39,191 bases of DNA from positions 28,984,663-29,023,853 of the forward strand of contig NC_068998.1 of the NCBI RefSeq assembly GCF_001194135.2, written 5' to 3'. Source of the DNA: Octopus bimaculoides. Its lineage: Eukaryota. This document shows positions 21,753 to 33,637 of this stretch, one piece after another (position 1 is the first letter of the stretch; the number at the start of each line of letters is the position of its first letter). The notes beneath the pieces were generated by a model. It was not told the DNA's origin. It searched no databases and saw only the letters and a program-made list of their open reading frames with translations. Position numbers and translations under genes: made by a program.

Positions 21753-24700
21753 AATAATGAGTATACATAGGTGACAAAAGATAAGTAGATCTAAGAGAAA
21801 CTAGCCATTAAAGTTGACATCAGTACAATTGCAAGCATAATTAAGGATATAAAGGCAAGAAAAACAGTGGGAGCATTAGGGATAGTTCCTGGTTATTCCC
21901 AAGATGCTGTCTAGTGAGAATCCCAAGATGATTGTAATGTGAAATGCAAACATCTTAAACATCTGTTCATCACACATACACATTGTTTACATTTCATCAG
22001 TTTCATAGAAAAAAAGTTATATATTATTTAAAATTTAATGTTATTCCTAATTTGATATGTATTAAGTTTCTAAGCAAACTAAGTGATGACTCCTTGTTTT
22101 CAAGTCTGCATTGTCAGTAGAGAGGTATGGCTAACTCCCTGGCAGAGAATCTACCATTATTCTTATTATTTTTATTATTAGTTTTAAATGTAATTCTCTG
22201 TTGCATCTCTGGATTCTTTTGCACCACATATATATTAATAACACTTCTCAACCCTTTTATGATCATATTTTTATTGACACTCTGTTCATAAAGTACAATT
22301 AATTTTGAAAATAAACCAAGATTCAGGAGAGATTTTCATTAAGCTGGTACTTGGAACATAACAAAAGATTCTTACATAGAATTTATTATGGAAAGTTTTG
22401 ATTTCAATTCAAGTACATTAAAATAACAACTTCCATGTGGTGGAAGGAGTTGGTAACAAATAGGTTAAGTAGCTAAGTAGTCTAATTCTTTTGTTCTTTG
22501 AATATTTTTCAGATCCTTCTACAGTTTGCCATGATCTTTGAGTGGATTCTATAGAAAGCTTTACAATTATAGGTTTTGCTGAGTTTAGCAATGTCTAAAT
22601 TTTTGTTAATTCTGTTAACTTTGAAGTTCCTAGTGCTAAAGGATTTGTTGACTGAGAATTAATATTATAAATGATGTTTTGCAAACAACTTGCACATGCA
22701 AGTGCTACCAGTCAAAAGCTCCACATACTGGAAGCCAGTAAGTGTATGGGGTCATCAGGAGAGAATGCACGCTGTTTCTGGGCCTACCTCTCAACTGCAT
22801 CATTGCACACCAGACCCCTCACTGATATGAGGCCCCGCTTGCTAGATCAACTGGTTATCAAATAAAGCTCAATATTCTTCTAGCCATCGCTCATCATCTC
22901 TTTTTAACCAATTAGAAGAGACAGATAATACTATTTGTGACCAGCATTTATAACATTTTAGAGAATGAACATTTATCAACTAGTTCGAGTGTAAGGGCTT
23001 GCTTTTAATATATTACGAAATATTTATATTTATAACAACTGTAATGTTAGACTAGGTGAACAGTATCTAAAGTATGTTGCATTTGTATCTATATGGAATG
23101 ATCAAGTATGGAAGGGTGAATTATTAATGGAAATGAATGCTGATTTTGCAATAATTTAGTATAGCTAAGTCTCACCATCTTTGATGAGATTTCAAGATAT
23201 AAAATTTGAAGCGAATTTCTTCTTTCTTGAATAGAGAGGATGTCATATTGCAAGACTATTTCTTTATGTATCATGGTGCTGTGGAAAGAGACTATATTGT
23301 TCTTGTTCTCTTTAGAGAACATTTTCAAGGATTTTGTTTATGAAAGCTGTACCAGTCTGGTATGTGTGCTAAGGTTGTATGTGAAGGTCTACAAAGAATA
23401 AGTTATGATATCACTACATAGGTGTACATGTGATTAGAAATAACAGTGAGTAGGTTGTTAATGTAGAGAAGAAAAATGTATGAAACATTTCAAGTTGGAA
23501 AAATGGGTAAAAAGCTGCTTAGCTCTAAATTAATTTTGATTAAGCAGAGTGATCTAAAATTACCAGCCCTGGCCATGATATTTTCTTGTGTATCTAAGAT
23601 TACAATAGAGTAGACATTTCTCTTCAATGCTGAGATTTTAGTAGCAAGCAGTCAGTAGTAGTGAACACCTATGAAGAATGTAACTGGTAAAAACAGATTG
23701 TTACATTCCTTTGAAACATCATTTAAAATGCATTATAAAACTTTTCATGGGTGATTTGAAATTATTGATTCTTCTCACTTTGTAGTATTTTCAAGAGGGA
23801 AATTAACATGTCACAAGAATCTGATGCAAGTAAATGTAAAAGCTTAAGCAAAATTTCCGTTTTCATATGTTTAAACTCATATACTCCGTCCAATCATTTC
23901 TCCTTAGCAGCCAGTCAGTAACAGTATATAGATTTCCTGAGCACGTGGAATGCTGCTGATAAATATAGATTAGGTCACTCACCTTTTTAAAAGTCATGTA
24001 AATTACACAATTGCTCGCATTTTGTTTGTAAATATCTATTCTCTCTCACTTTGGTCAAAATTATTTTTATATCATAAATGAACCTAAATCCCACCCTTTT
24101 CTCTTATTTTTGAAAACTACATTCTTTTCTCTCTATCTTCAGTTAGTAACAGACAACATGCATGCAGTGGAATTATTTTCTTTGATGTAGTCAGAATAAA
24201 GTTGACAGTTCTTAACATAAGCAAAATCTCTCAGAACATATTGTAAACAATCAAACAAAAACTTCATTTCTTTCAGTTTTCTGAAATAGGTTTTGGAACA
24301 ACTACAGAATAAATTCCTTTGAAAGAGGTAAAAATGATTATTTGAAAAATAAATTTAGAATATATGATTATAAATTTTTAACTTGCTTATTATAAATATA
24401 TTAAACATTTGAGACAGAAAAGAGTATCAATCCCTTAAAGGGACCTGTATGATATTTCTCTCACTGCTCTTGCTATTGAGAATATTAAACAGCACCTATG
24501 ACTCCCTTATTTTCATATTACATACTTAAATTTTTTTCTGGTATTTTTAAACTGTTTTACTTTTAAGAAGACACCTTACAGTTGCATATCACTAAATTTT
24601 TAGAAATGATTAAAGGAATTTCATCTAGAGAGATTTACAACATTTTTGAAGATTTTTAAAACCTTCTCATCAGCTTTGCCAAGTGAGTAAAATTAGTTGT

Positions 24701-26139
24701 TGTATAATGTTGTTCAGTTATACTATTTATATTTTATATATGCTTTGTTACTATTGTTAGATTATTGTTAAAGTCTATGTTATTACTAGAGAAACAAAAT
24801 TTATTCTATTGCCTGAACTATTAATAGGAAGTGTGTTGTTAAATTCATGTTAACAAGATTTTATTAGGAATGGTACCAGATTTATTGACGTTTGAGATGT
24901 ATATTATCAGAGAGTATATTATCAGAGAGTATATTAATTTACTTGTCAGGAAGTTTAAATGAAGTTTAGTAAGTAAATTCTGCTTTATACAAGAGAGTTC
25001 AGTAGTAAGATGTCAGAAGTGGAATTTTAAATTTAAGGTCCTTTAAGAATGTATTTTTACTTTCATCAGGTCTCTTTCACTGTTCAAGAATATTCCTTAG
25101 TGCAAGCATTTCTTTTTCTGTTCATTTCTAGAGTGTTTTAAATATGTAGTTAGAAAATATAATCAACTCAGTATCATATTGGTTCACAGGCTCTCAAGTC
25201 ATGCATTTAACCAACCTGTTAATTTATATCATTTAAGCAAGAGGCTTAGAGAATTAAAAATCATAGTGCAATCATAGAGTTAAAAAGAATATGCTAGAGA
25301 AAGAGCTAGGAAACACCCTCTTTCACTCTGCAATAAACTGAAGCATTGAGACAACAATACAACTGACCCACATCAGAGCACACAGAGCACACAGCATTAT
25401 TAAGTAAAAATTGAGTTCTTTGTTATTTGAATTAAGGCAAAATTCACTCAACAAACTTTTGTGCCTTGGATGATGCAGTCAGGCCCTATGGTATAGGAAT
25501 AAATGTTCATGTAAACATTTATTCCTACAGCCACATTCTGTTCCTTAATAGCAATATGATTTGTGTAGCCTGCATTGACAGTGTATTTTTCTGATGTACA
25601 GGGAAGAGGATATATGTTTTTATATGTGTGCAATTGATATTTGTCAATATGGACAATTTATGGTCAACTGATATTTACTTCATATGTAGGTGTCTAGATA
25701 TTCTCTTCAAAAATATCTGAAAATCTTTAGGTTAGGTCAAGTGTGGAGGCATGCATTGTTGCTGTGTGTTGCTGCATTCATCATTTCTCAGTATATTCCT
25801 GAGTCCTCCCAGGCCACCTGTCAAGCAGAATCCCAGTCAGTCCCCATCTCCACAAGACACTGTTCAGGCTCTTTCAGCAGTGCCTGAACTCGTTTGGTGT
25901 CAGGGTGCTTCGCAGGACTGTCTTTAGCACTAATCAAAGTAGATGAGGAGACTTCATCTGTGAAAAGAAATTCTAAAAGATTGACAACTCAGGATGAGAC
26001 AAAAATCTATCAGAAATTACGTCAAAGTGAGATAAGTAGAGCAAAATACTAACTTCATTATAAGACAGGCTATGATAATGAACATATATATCATTGGTGT
26101 ATATTTAAATATGTATGTATGTAGTATGTTTGTATACAA

Positions 26140-26400
26140 TCATATACATATGAGTGGTTAGGAAGTTTGCTTTACAGCCATGAAGTTCCACAGACAATAC
26201 CACTGTATTGCACCTTAAGCAAGTGCCTTTACTGACTTTGGATCAAAGCAAACCTTGTGAGTGAGTTTAAGTAGAAAGAAACTGCATAGAAGCCCATTAG
26301 GTCTAGCTGATTCTACTGGAGAATTACATGAATGATGCCAGTCAACCACTTTGCACATTAATTCAATGAGTAGATCATCCAACTGGATGCTCATATGACA
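26140..26400 (+). mobile_element. Degenerate tRNA-derived SINE
   Basis: GAGTGGTTAGGAAGTTTGC...CACTGTATTGCACCTTAAGCAAGTGCC...CCTTGTGAGTGAGTTT. Same family as 14760-14880, opposite orientation. Confidence 0.6.
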
Positions 26401-26449
26401 ATAATCAATGCTATTTGTGTTTGTGTGCGTGCGAATGATTACATGTGTC

Positions 26450-26700
26450 TATATTCAGGCAACTTTTAATATACTCCTATGTAGATGATGCAACACTTTT
26501 TTCTTTGATGACCTTCCATAGACATCATTTGCATATAGCCAAGATACCTTAAGACAAACTTGTAGTACTTGTAAGAACTGATTTCAGAAACACACTCCAC
26601 AGGGACTTAATAAGCTAATGTTCTTCAACTGTACCAAGAAACAGTCTGTACAGAAAATGACTTACAATGCATCATGCTCTCTATTGTTAAACACTCTGAA
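26450..26700 (+). mobile_element. LINE RT fragment (jockey/CR1-like)
   Basis: YSYVDDATL (YADD-type motif) at 26472-26498, followed by a degenerate ..LMFFN..K segment. Confidence 0.5.
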
Positions 26701-28944
26701 ACTCACTATAGATGATATGTCTCACAGTTATTGATATGTTATATTCATGATAATGTTTATAAGAGCTTAATTTAGTTCTCTATTCTATTATTAATATATT
26801 CACGAAGACAAGAGTAAAACATGCTTGCTATTTCATTTGAGAAAAGTTTTAGTGTGCCAATAGGATGTTGGTGGACCACAATTCAGTTATATCAGACATT
26901 GGAGGATTTGAACTTACTCTTGATATTGGATTACTTACTACATTCCCTATCACTCATGCTCTCAGTTTACTCAGATGAATAAATTACAATCATGAACTCA
27001 CTTATTGACTTACTATTGTGAACTTATTTGATTATCATAAACACAATTTGACAATAAAGATTTTGCAACTCTAATAACCAGAAGATTTGCAGTTGAGTTA
27101 ATACTGTGGTGATGTAGTCTAATAAGCACTTCATTCTTTGTAATGTTCTGCCTTTAGATGACACTAAGCCAAAATTCTTTGCATTATGTGGTGTCAGTGC
27201 AATCATAAAAGTGAAAGATATCCTCTTCTCTACTATTCAAGTTTGTTCATTTGATGATTTAGTGTGCTGTTGAAAAAATAAGTACAACTAAAAAAATACT
27301 ATCATCTCAGGTTAAAATTTTGAAATCTAAAGCAAAAATAAGGAAAACTAGCATATGATTTCCTTTATAATACCCAATACACACACTTCTTTACATAAAT
27401 TTTCTACAATCAAAGGTGACGCAGACATAGAATAATTAAAACTGATTTTTATTAATAGAATCAATTGTGCGCAGACGAAAATAAAGATTCATAATTGTCT
27501 GAGAACTTCACCAAAAGCCTCCATTTCTGAATCGGTTAGACTTGCGATGGTACAACCAGAGTGAGCATTTTCTCTTTGATCAAGTTCAGCCAATTTCTAA
27601 TACTAAAGCATTTTATGCTACTAACAGTGTTAAAGAAAGTTTAGTAAAGTACTAGTATTAAAGAAAGTTTAATAAAGAACAACTAAGTGAACAAAACTAA
27701 GTTAAGATTTGCCTCAATAATGGATTGTCACATCTTTCTAGCTTATCCTACATGTGTGAACAAATGCTTTAACTGTGATAAGTTGGGCTATTTCAGAAAA
27801 TTCTGTAGCTCAGAAACACTGTATGCTATTAAGTGTGTCTGGTGGGTGTCCTAAACAAGAAATAGTTTTTAATGTATGCTGTGCAGTATTTGTTCTAGAT
27901 CTTTACATTCTACGTTCAAATCCTGCTAAGGACAACTTTACTTTCACTGTTTTGTGTTAAAGTGTCAATCAAATATTGTGGTTGATTCTAAGGTTCCCCT
28001 CACCCAAACTTCAGGTTCTGTGCTTATGTTAGAAAGCAATTGTAAAGCAAATTACAATTTACATTGGATAAATTATAATTAGTTAGAATACAACTGGATT
28101 CTGGTACATTTCGGTTTTACTATTAATCTAAATAATTAATGAAAAACATTCAATATTTTGTGATGATTCAAAATTTAGAGGTAGTTAGTACTACAAAAAC
28201 TTTGCTTGACTTTGGAGATTTAAAACAACAGCACTTCAACTTTGTGGTAATTAATTGCAATAATAACTTTTGATTAATTAAGGTATACATTCTGAAATGT
28301 ACATAATGTCAATGCATTTCTGTTTAGCACCAATGAAAAGGTGACAATTCTGAAGATTTTCATGCTGCTGCCCATCACTACCTGCCATGGGTGTCAAAGT
28401 CACTGCTATTCCCATCATCCTCCTCATATAGTGGTTTGGCAGAAGTTGTAGAGTATCAATGTACATAGGGGTATTTAGCTTCATTCTTCTATTCTGGAAC
28501 TAACTTGTCTTGCATCCTTCTAGTGTTGAGTAGATGCTAAATAAGTACTAGTAATATACTGAGATCAGTTCAGTAGACTATTTCACACACACACACGTGT
28601 ATGCATGCACGCATGCATACACACACACATGTGCCTCCTGAAATCAACCCTCCCTACTTTGGCCCATGTCCTGATCTTCCTCTCTCATAGTTCCCTTCCA
28701 CGCTTATAGCTTGGTTCTCCTTTACCCAACTCTTAAATTTCATCCTCATCACATGTCTGTATCAGCTTCATTTTCTGTTATACATACTCCTACTGATTCT
28801 TTTTATACTCGTTTTATTCCTCTCAGCACAATTAGACCTTGATTTCAGGCACATTAACATTACGCGTCCATCAGAGTATGATCACATTGTTTCTATCCAG
28901 TCCTCATGCTTCATTCACATTCAGTATCTCATATATCAGCAGAG

Positions 28945-28945
28945 G

Positions 28946-29028
<83 letters not shown>
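28945..29028. repeat. (GA)n microsatellite
   Basis: Directly visible. Confidence 0.97.
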
Positions 29029-29029
<1 letters not shown>

Positions 29030-29411
29030 CGGACAGACAAACACAGAGAGAGAGTTGGGTGGAAATAACTCCCTGAACTATTTCCTTCCCATTTTTATTC
29101 TGGTTACTGGGCTTTCAATATACCAACCTTCATTGCTGATTAGGTCACCTAGCTAACAATAGCTATCAATTACTTCTACAGAACTTTCTGGGCATTTGAA
29201 AGAGATCATTTTATGATTGATCCCACAGCCAACTGCCGCTATGTACTTGTTATACACACATGCATATATGTATATATAATTAGTGAATTAAAGCTTGGGT
29301 CTATGTTGATTAAAGCATGTTTACTGTCTTTGGCTACCTGATGTCATCCACAGAACTGATATAAATGCCACTGAATCTACCTCAGGAATTTCTCAGCGTT
29401 TGTCAAACATA

Positions 29412-29875
29412 CAACAAATGGGAGAAACAGAAAATGGAATTAACGAGATTCTTTATTAATCTTGCATTGATCCCTTGTTTCAACCCATCTTGCATCAATC
29501 CCTTTTGGGTGAGATTCTGGACAAGTGGTTATGGTGCATCATTCGGTGCAGATGTGTCTCATCAGGTGACTTTTCAAAAGATACCTTATTCAATAAACTT
29601 GGTTTCACCTACAGTCCTTGTGGTTTTGAGACCACAAAGCCTTTAGGCAACTACCTGCAGGCAAATGCTATATAATCAAACCAAACGAAACAGAGATTAT
29701 TGAACAAGGTACCTTTTGAAAAGTCACCTGACCAGACTCATCTGCACCAAAGGATGTACCATAACCAGTTGTACAGAATCTCACCCACAAGGCATCGATG
29801 CAAGATTGATTGAAATGATCATTGTGATTGATAAAGAATCTCGTAAATTCCATTTTCTGTTTCTCTCATTTGTTT
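29412..29875. mobile_element. Fold-back MITE with ~190-bp inverted arms and ~80-bp spacer, TA-flanked
   Basis: AACAAATGGGAGAAACAGAAAATGGAATTAACGAGATTCTTTAT (from 29413) pairs with ATAAAGAATCTCGTAAATTCCATTTTCTGTTTCTCTCATTTGTT (to 29874). Inner ends ~29606/29687. Confidence 0.85.
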
Positions 29876-30054
29876 ATATATATGTATATATGTATGGACC
29901 TAGTACACTTTGTTAAGTGATTGGCACTAGGAAGGGCATCCACCTCTGTATTATTGGATAAAGGATAGATATACATATATATACTAAATAGTTTAGTGGA
30001 TGCGTAGAGGTAGTTAGCAGCAGGAACATCTATGTAATGAATGCCTTTCAATAC

Positions 30055-30150
30055 CTGGAAGATTCTGTAGAAGTTATTGACAGCTTTTGTTACCTAGGTG
30101 ACAAAATCCACAATGGAAGTAGGTGTTCTCAAAGCATAGTATCCAAAGTA
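30055..30150 (+). mobile_element. Short RTE LINE fragment
   Basis: SVEVIDSFCYLGDKIHNGSRCSQSI resembles the RTE 'EVVDSF.YLGD.....GGC' RT motif. Confidence 0.6.
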
Positions 30151-30246
30151 TGAAGGAAGCAAGATTATAAATTGACATGTTTGAATTTTATAACATACAC
30201 TGAGTGGATAAAACAGAATAAAAAGATATTACACACAAATACACTT

Positions 30247-30248
<2 letters not shown>

Positions 30249-30299
<51 letters not shown>

Positions 30300-30321
30300 T
30301 TCTCTCTCTCTCTCTCTCTCT
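30249..30321. repeat. (AC)n(TC)n compound microsatellite
   Basis: Directly visible. Confidence 0.95.
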
Positions 30322-30753
30322 CCCTCTGTTTCTCTGTGTTTGTGTATGTGTGTGTGTGTGTGTATGATCACTCGTATGATCATTTTGTTCCATTTTATTC
30401 AATCAGTGACATTCAAACCTATCCACTCTGTGTCTGTTTTTATCATGGTGGTTGAAATGGTTAATTATACTAGTGAAAGTTTTACAACAAAAATAGCTAA
30501 ATGAAGTTGTCAGTAAAAATCTTATGACATCCATGATTCATATGGTTATTGCACAATGAAGTAAAATGATGTGAAGTTATTTGAATCAGTATTTTGGACA
30601 TTTTGCAGAAAAAATTTCCTATCTACTAAGGAGATTTATACAAAGATGATGACCTCTTAATATCACACAGTAATTAATGAATATGTATTCAGAAAAGACC
30701 TTATAAAATTAGTGTAGCTAATTTTGAGAATATACCCTAAAATTAGATACAAA

Positions 30754-31050
30754 CTAGAAAAGCATTCAGAGAATGCAGACCTCCGCCAAGAAGCTCATTT
30801 CCACCCATATACACACATGCTGAAAATTGCCCCATTTCCCAAACCAACGCCGGCAAATCCCATTCTTATCTCGACCATCATCATCATCATCAACACTGTC
30901 TCTGCTTTCACCACAATCACCGTCAAAACTACGATCACCACAATCAGTTTCTTTACACAGCTGAAAATCCATTATCCGATACTCATGGGACCGAGATTGT
31001 TGCAGATTTTTGATTTTTCTAATTTCGGAGTGCTTTATTAAAAAAAAAAA
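30754..31050 (-). mobile_element. Helitron/Helentron-like element 3' terminus
   Basis: Minus strand ...CTTGGCGGAGGTCT-GCATTC-TCT-GAATGC-TTTT-CTAG-T: subterminal repeat, 6-bp hairpin (30762-30776), then CTAG (30754-30757). The inner boundary is uncertain. Confidence 0.65.
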
Positions 31051-31236
31051 TTTGCATCTACAAAACAGAACAGTTTAAGGATAGAAACCAAGTCTAAACA
31101 CAATAGCTTATAGATATACTCTGAATGTAGGTCTATATAAATCTTTAATAATTTTTTTATAGTTAAGACAATCAGAAATGTTAAGACATCAGCCTCTACC
31201 CACCTAGTCATGCTTTGATTAAAAGGTTACAGCATA

Positions 31237-31716
31237 GATTAGATTACTTAGATAACTTTCGGCCGAAGTTGACTCAGGCCATGTCTAATTTAATAACACC
31301 ACCTGGAAGAGATACACAGTCAGCTCTGAGGAACCGTAGCCCATTCAAGCAGAGGGTTTCTGTTTTCAGAGACATATCTGGGTGTGGGTGGTTTATCTGG
31401 TATTTATTGGGGGTAATCATCTAGGGATTGTTTGAATGCCGTGAAGTCACTTTCCTCCTTTATATGTGTCTGGCATGATGTTGAAGAGAGCAGGGCCAAT
31501 TGAGGTGAAATAGTTCTGTCATGGTGTTGTGATATGACACGAACATTTCTGTAGTGGACAGATGGCACAGGAGCCAAGCCTCGGACGAATTTTAACGATG
31601 GGCAATGTTGATGGAATATTTTCCACATCATACAGATGATATAAAGCTCACAGCGGTGGTGAAGGGAGTAAAGCTTGAGCTTTTTTGAGTCAATCCCAAT
31701 AGTCAAGGCTTGTCAT
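31237..31716 (-). mobile_element. 5'-truncated CR1/L2-group LINE 3' end with (ATCTA)-like tail
   Basis: KLKLYSLHHRCELYIICMMWKIF, FTAFKQSLDDY/IPDKPPTP..; tail TAGATTAGATTACTTAGAT on +. Related to the 1-196 fragment. Confidence 0.75.
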
Positions 31717-31725
31717 GTCCTCCTC

Positions 31726-32110
31726 TGCAGACCTCCACCAAGCAGCTCATTTTAAAATAGATACACATGTAAAATTACTAATAGAGAAACGAAAATAAAC
31801 TTTGAAAACAGCAACGCCACCATAGGTTACGTGGAAACGATGAATGTGTTTTCAAGGGAGATAATCTAAGAACGTAACGTAATACTTCATGTAAAGTAAA
31901 CATAACAAGTGAATAATCCTTCAAGAATCCATAAAAATTCCCAGATCACTACCAAAATTTCATCATCTGTTCCTTGTGTCATTACCAACTTTTTCTGCAA
32001 GTTTCATCAAATACTGTTCACAACGTTTTGAGTTATTTTTCAAACAGACGGACAGACGGACAAACCAACGCCAATGAAAACATAATCTCCTTCCTTGGTG
32101 GAGGTAATAA
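31726..32110 (-). mobile_element. Non-autonomous Helentron/DINE-1-like element
   Basis: Minus-strand 5' end TTATTACCTCCACCAAGG..GAGATTATGTTTTC, internal (GTCCGTCT)n at 32045-32062, perfect 12-bp subterminal inverted repeat ACCTCCACCAAG (31731-31742) / CTTGGTGGAGGT (32094-32105). Confidence 0.65.
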
Positions 32111-32505
32111 ATTTTGCCTACTAGAAACATAATAAAAGAATATTACATATAAATAAGAAATCCAACCATCTACCCAATATCCTATGAAATTCAATCATTA
32201 ATATTAGTATATACATATCCTCACTACTTTCAGATTATTCTACATTCATTAGTGTTTCTTCCAGTTAAAACAGGTCCCTTTGTAAAAGTAGCTTTACAGA
32301 CAAACACAATACATAGCCCATTCTAATATTCTTGAGTGTATAATTTTATACACTCAGTATTTTATGGTATAATTTACTTTTCGGTTTAAAAGTACAAACA
32401 AATATTGCAAAAAGTTCCTGAATTCAACCAATAACATCGTAAGATATTTTTTAAACAGAAATTAGATTTAGGTAAGCTATTCTTACTTACAGATATATAT
32501 ATATA

Positions 32506-33114
32506 TGGTGGTTGTCTACTCCTTAAACAGAGTTTGACCACCTCCTGCACCTACACCTTAGCCCTTTTATGGCGTCTGATGTGGCATTTTTAAACCAGAC
32601 AGTGTTTTGAAAAAACACCCACACAGATTGCACCTCTGATTTGCACTACCAATACCTGCAAGTAAGTTCTGCTCATTGTGGATCCTAACATGTCTTTTAA
32701 GACCCCCATTGGATTTGCAAACCCTCTGGCACACACCACATTCAAACGTGTGCACAGACATATAATCAGAATAGCTGGATGAGGTTTGTTTTCCATGGGT
32801 TCGCAGGTGAGATTTGAGGCCAGCCAAGGACAGACTTGGTCTGTCACAGACTGTGCACACAAAAAGGTCCTTGTCATTCACCTTCTCAGTCTTTACATTT
32901 TTCCTTAAATATCTCTTGAGCCCTGCTTGCATCATCTTGGCCTCTTCAAATGCTTTCACTCCACTCCACACCCTTGTTCGCCATCCAACTCGATCTGAAG
33001 CGAGGGCTTCTATATCTTTTTGGAGCCATTCCAATTGACTTCATAGCAGTCCTTATGCCATCCTTAAACCTTTTTTTAGGTTTATGCCGATAACGTTTCC
33101 CCTCTGCAAGCTCA

Positions 33115-33119
<5 letters not shown>
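32506..33119 (-). mobile_element. RTE (BovB-like) LINE 3' end encoding three tandem C2H2 zinc fingers, between (TA)n tracts
   Basis: YGELAEGKRYRHKPKKRFKD..ASDRVGWR is an RTE ORF C-terminus. Fingers CTVC..LKSHLRTH, CGVC..LKRHVRIH and CNLC..LK(C)HIRRH, the last restored by removing one base of the T5 run at 32587-32591. Confidence 0.85.
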
Positions 33120-33159
<40 letters not shown>

Positions 33160-33264
33160 AAGAATATGAGGGGTTTAGTTCATTTGTGATCTAAACAAAT
33201 AGGTACGCTGGGTAAGTGCTAAGGCTCAATCTAGGGATCCGTGTAAGGGTTCTATTATAGCAGG

Positions 33265-33637
33265 TATATATTATATTAGAGGAAAAATCAAAACCAAGGT
33301 AGAATGAGCATCTCAAGTCATTTAGAATAATTTAATTAGGGTAAGGTGAATTTGAAGTCTTAAAGCTGTTTCGGGATAACCCAAATGGTTGGTTAACATG
33401 TCCATGCATTGGTATTCCATCATCAGAGACAAGGTATGAATATTTTAGACAGGAAATATTCATACTTTGTCTCTAATGATGGAGTACCCAGTGCATGGAC
33501 ATGCTAACTAACCACTCAGATTATCCCAGAAACAGGTGTAAGATTTCAAATTCGCCTTACCCTAGTTAAACTATTCTAAATGACTTGAGATACTCATTCT
33601 GCCTTGGTTTTGATTTTTTCCTCTAATATAATATTTA
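33265..33637. mobile_element. Near-complete palindromic MITE (~180-bp arms, 8-nt loop), TA-flanked
   Basis: ATATTATATTAGAGG (33268-) pairs with CCTCTAATATAATAT (-33634). Centre GTATGAATATTT-TAGACAGG-AAATATTCATAC, loop 33446-33453. Confidence 0.9.

Noticed and set aside
22660-22870. GC-richer segment as an exon
   Set aside because: No PDE4 similarity or convincing splice pair. It looks more like a decayed retroelement 3' end, but the evidence is too weak to list as a feature.
23089-23328. 79-aa minus-strand ORF
   Set aside because: No recognisable motif, and its length is within chance expectation; it may be a decayed repeat but I cannot assign it.
25884-25906. PELVWCQG as the PDE4 UCR2 motif ELDWCL
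   Set aside because: Only E-L-x-W-C matches. The highly conserved flanks (LDQLETIQT..SVS.MAS.KFKRML) are absent and a stop follows within 7 codons.
29365-29853. Twin convergent ORFs encoding similar peptides (MELTRFFIN.. / MEFTRFFIN..) suggesting a duplicated small gene
   Set aside because: They are the two arms of one inverted repeat. Codon-by-codon comparison shows most differences are non-synonymous, so there is no sign of purifying selection.
32567-33034. Host C2H2 zinc-finger gene
   Set aside because: The fingers are contiguous with RTE ORF C-terminal motifs and followed by an RTE-type 3' end. There are no TGEKP linkers, and there are frameshifts.
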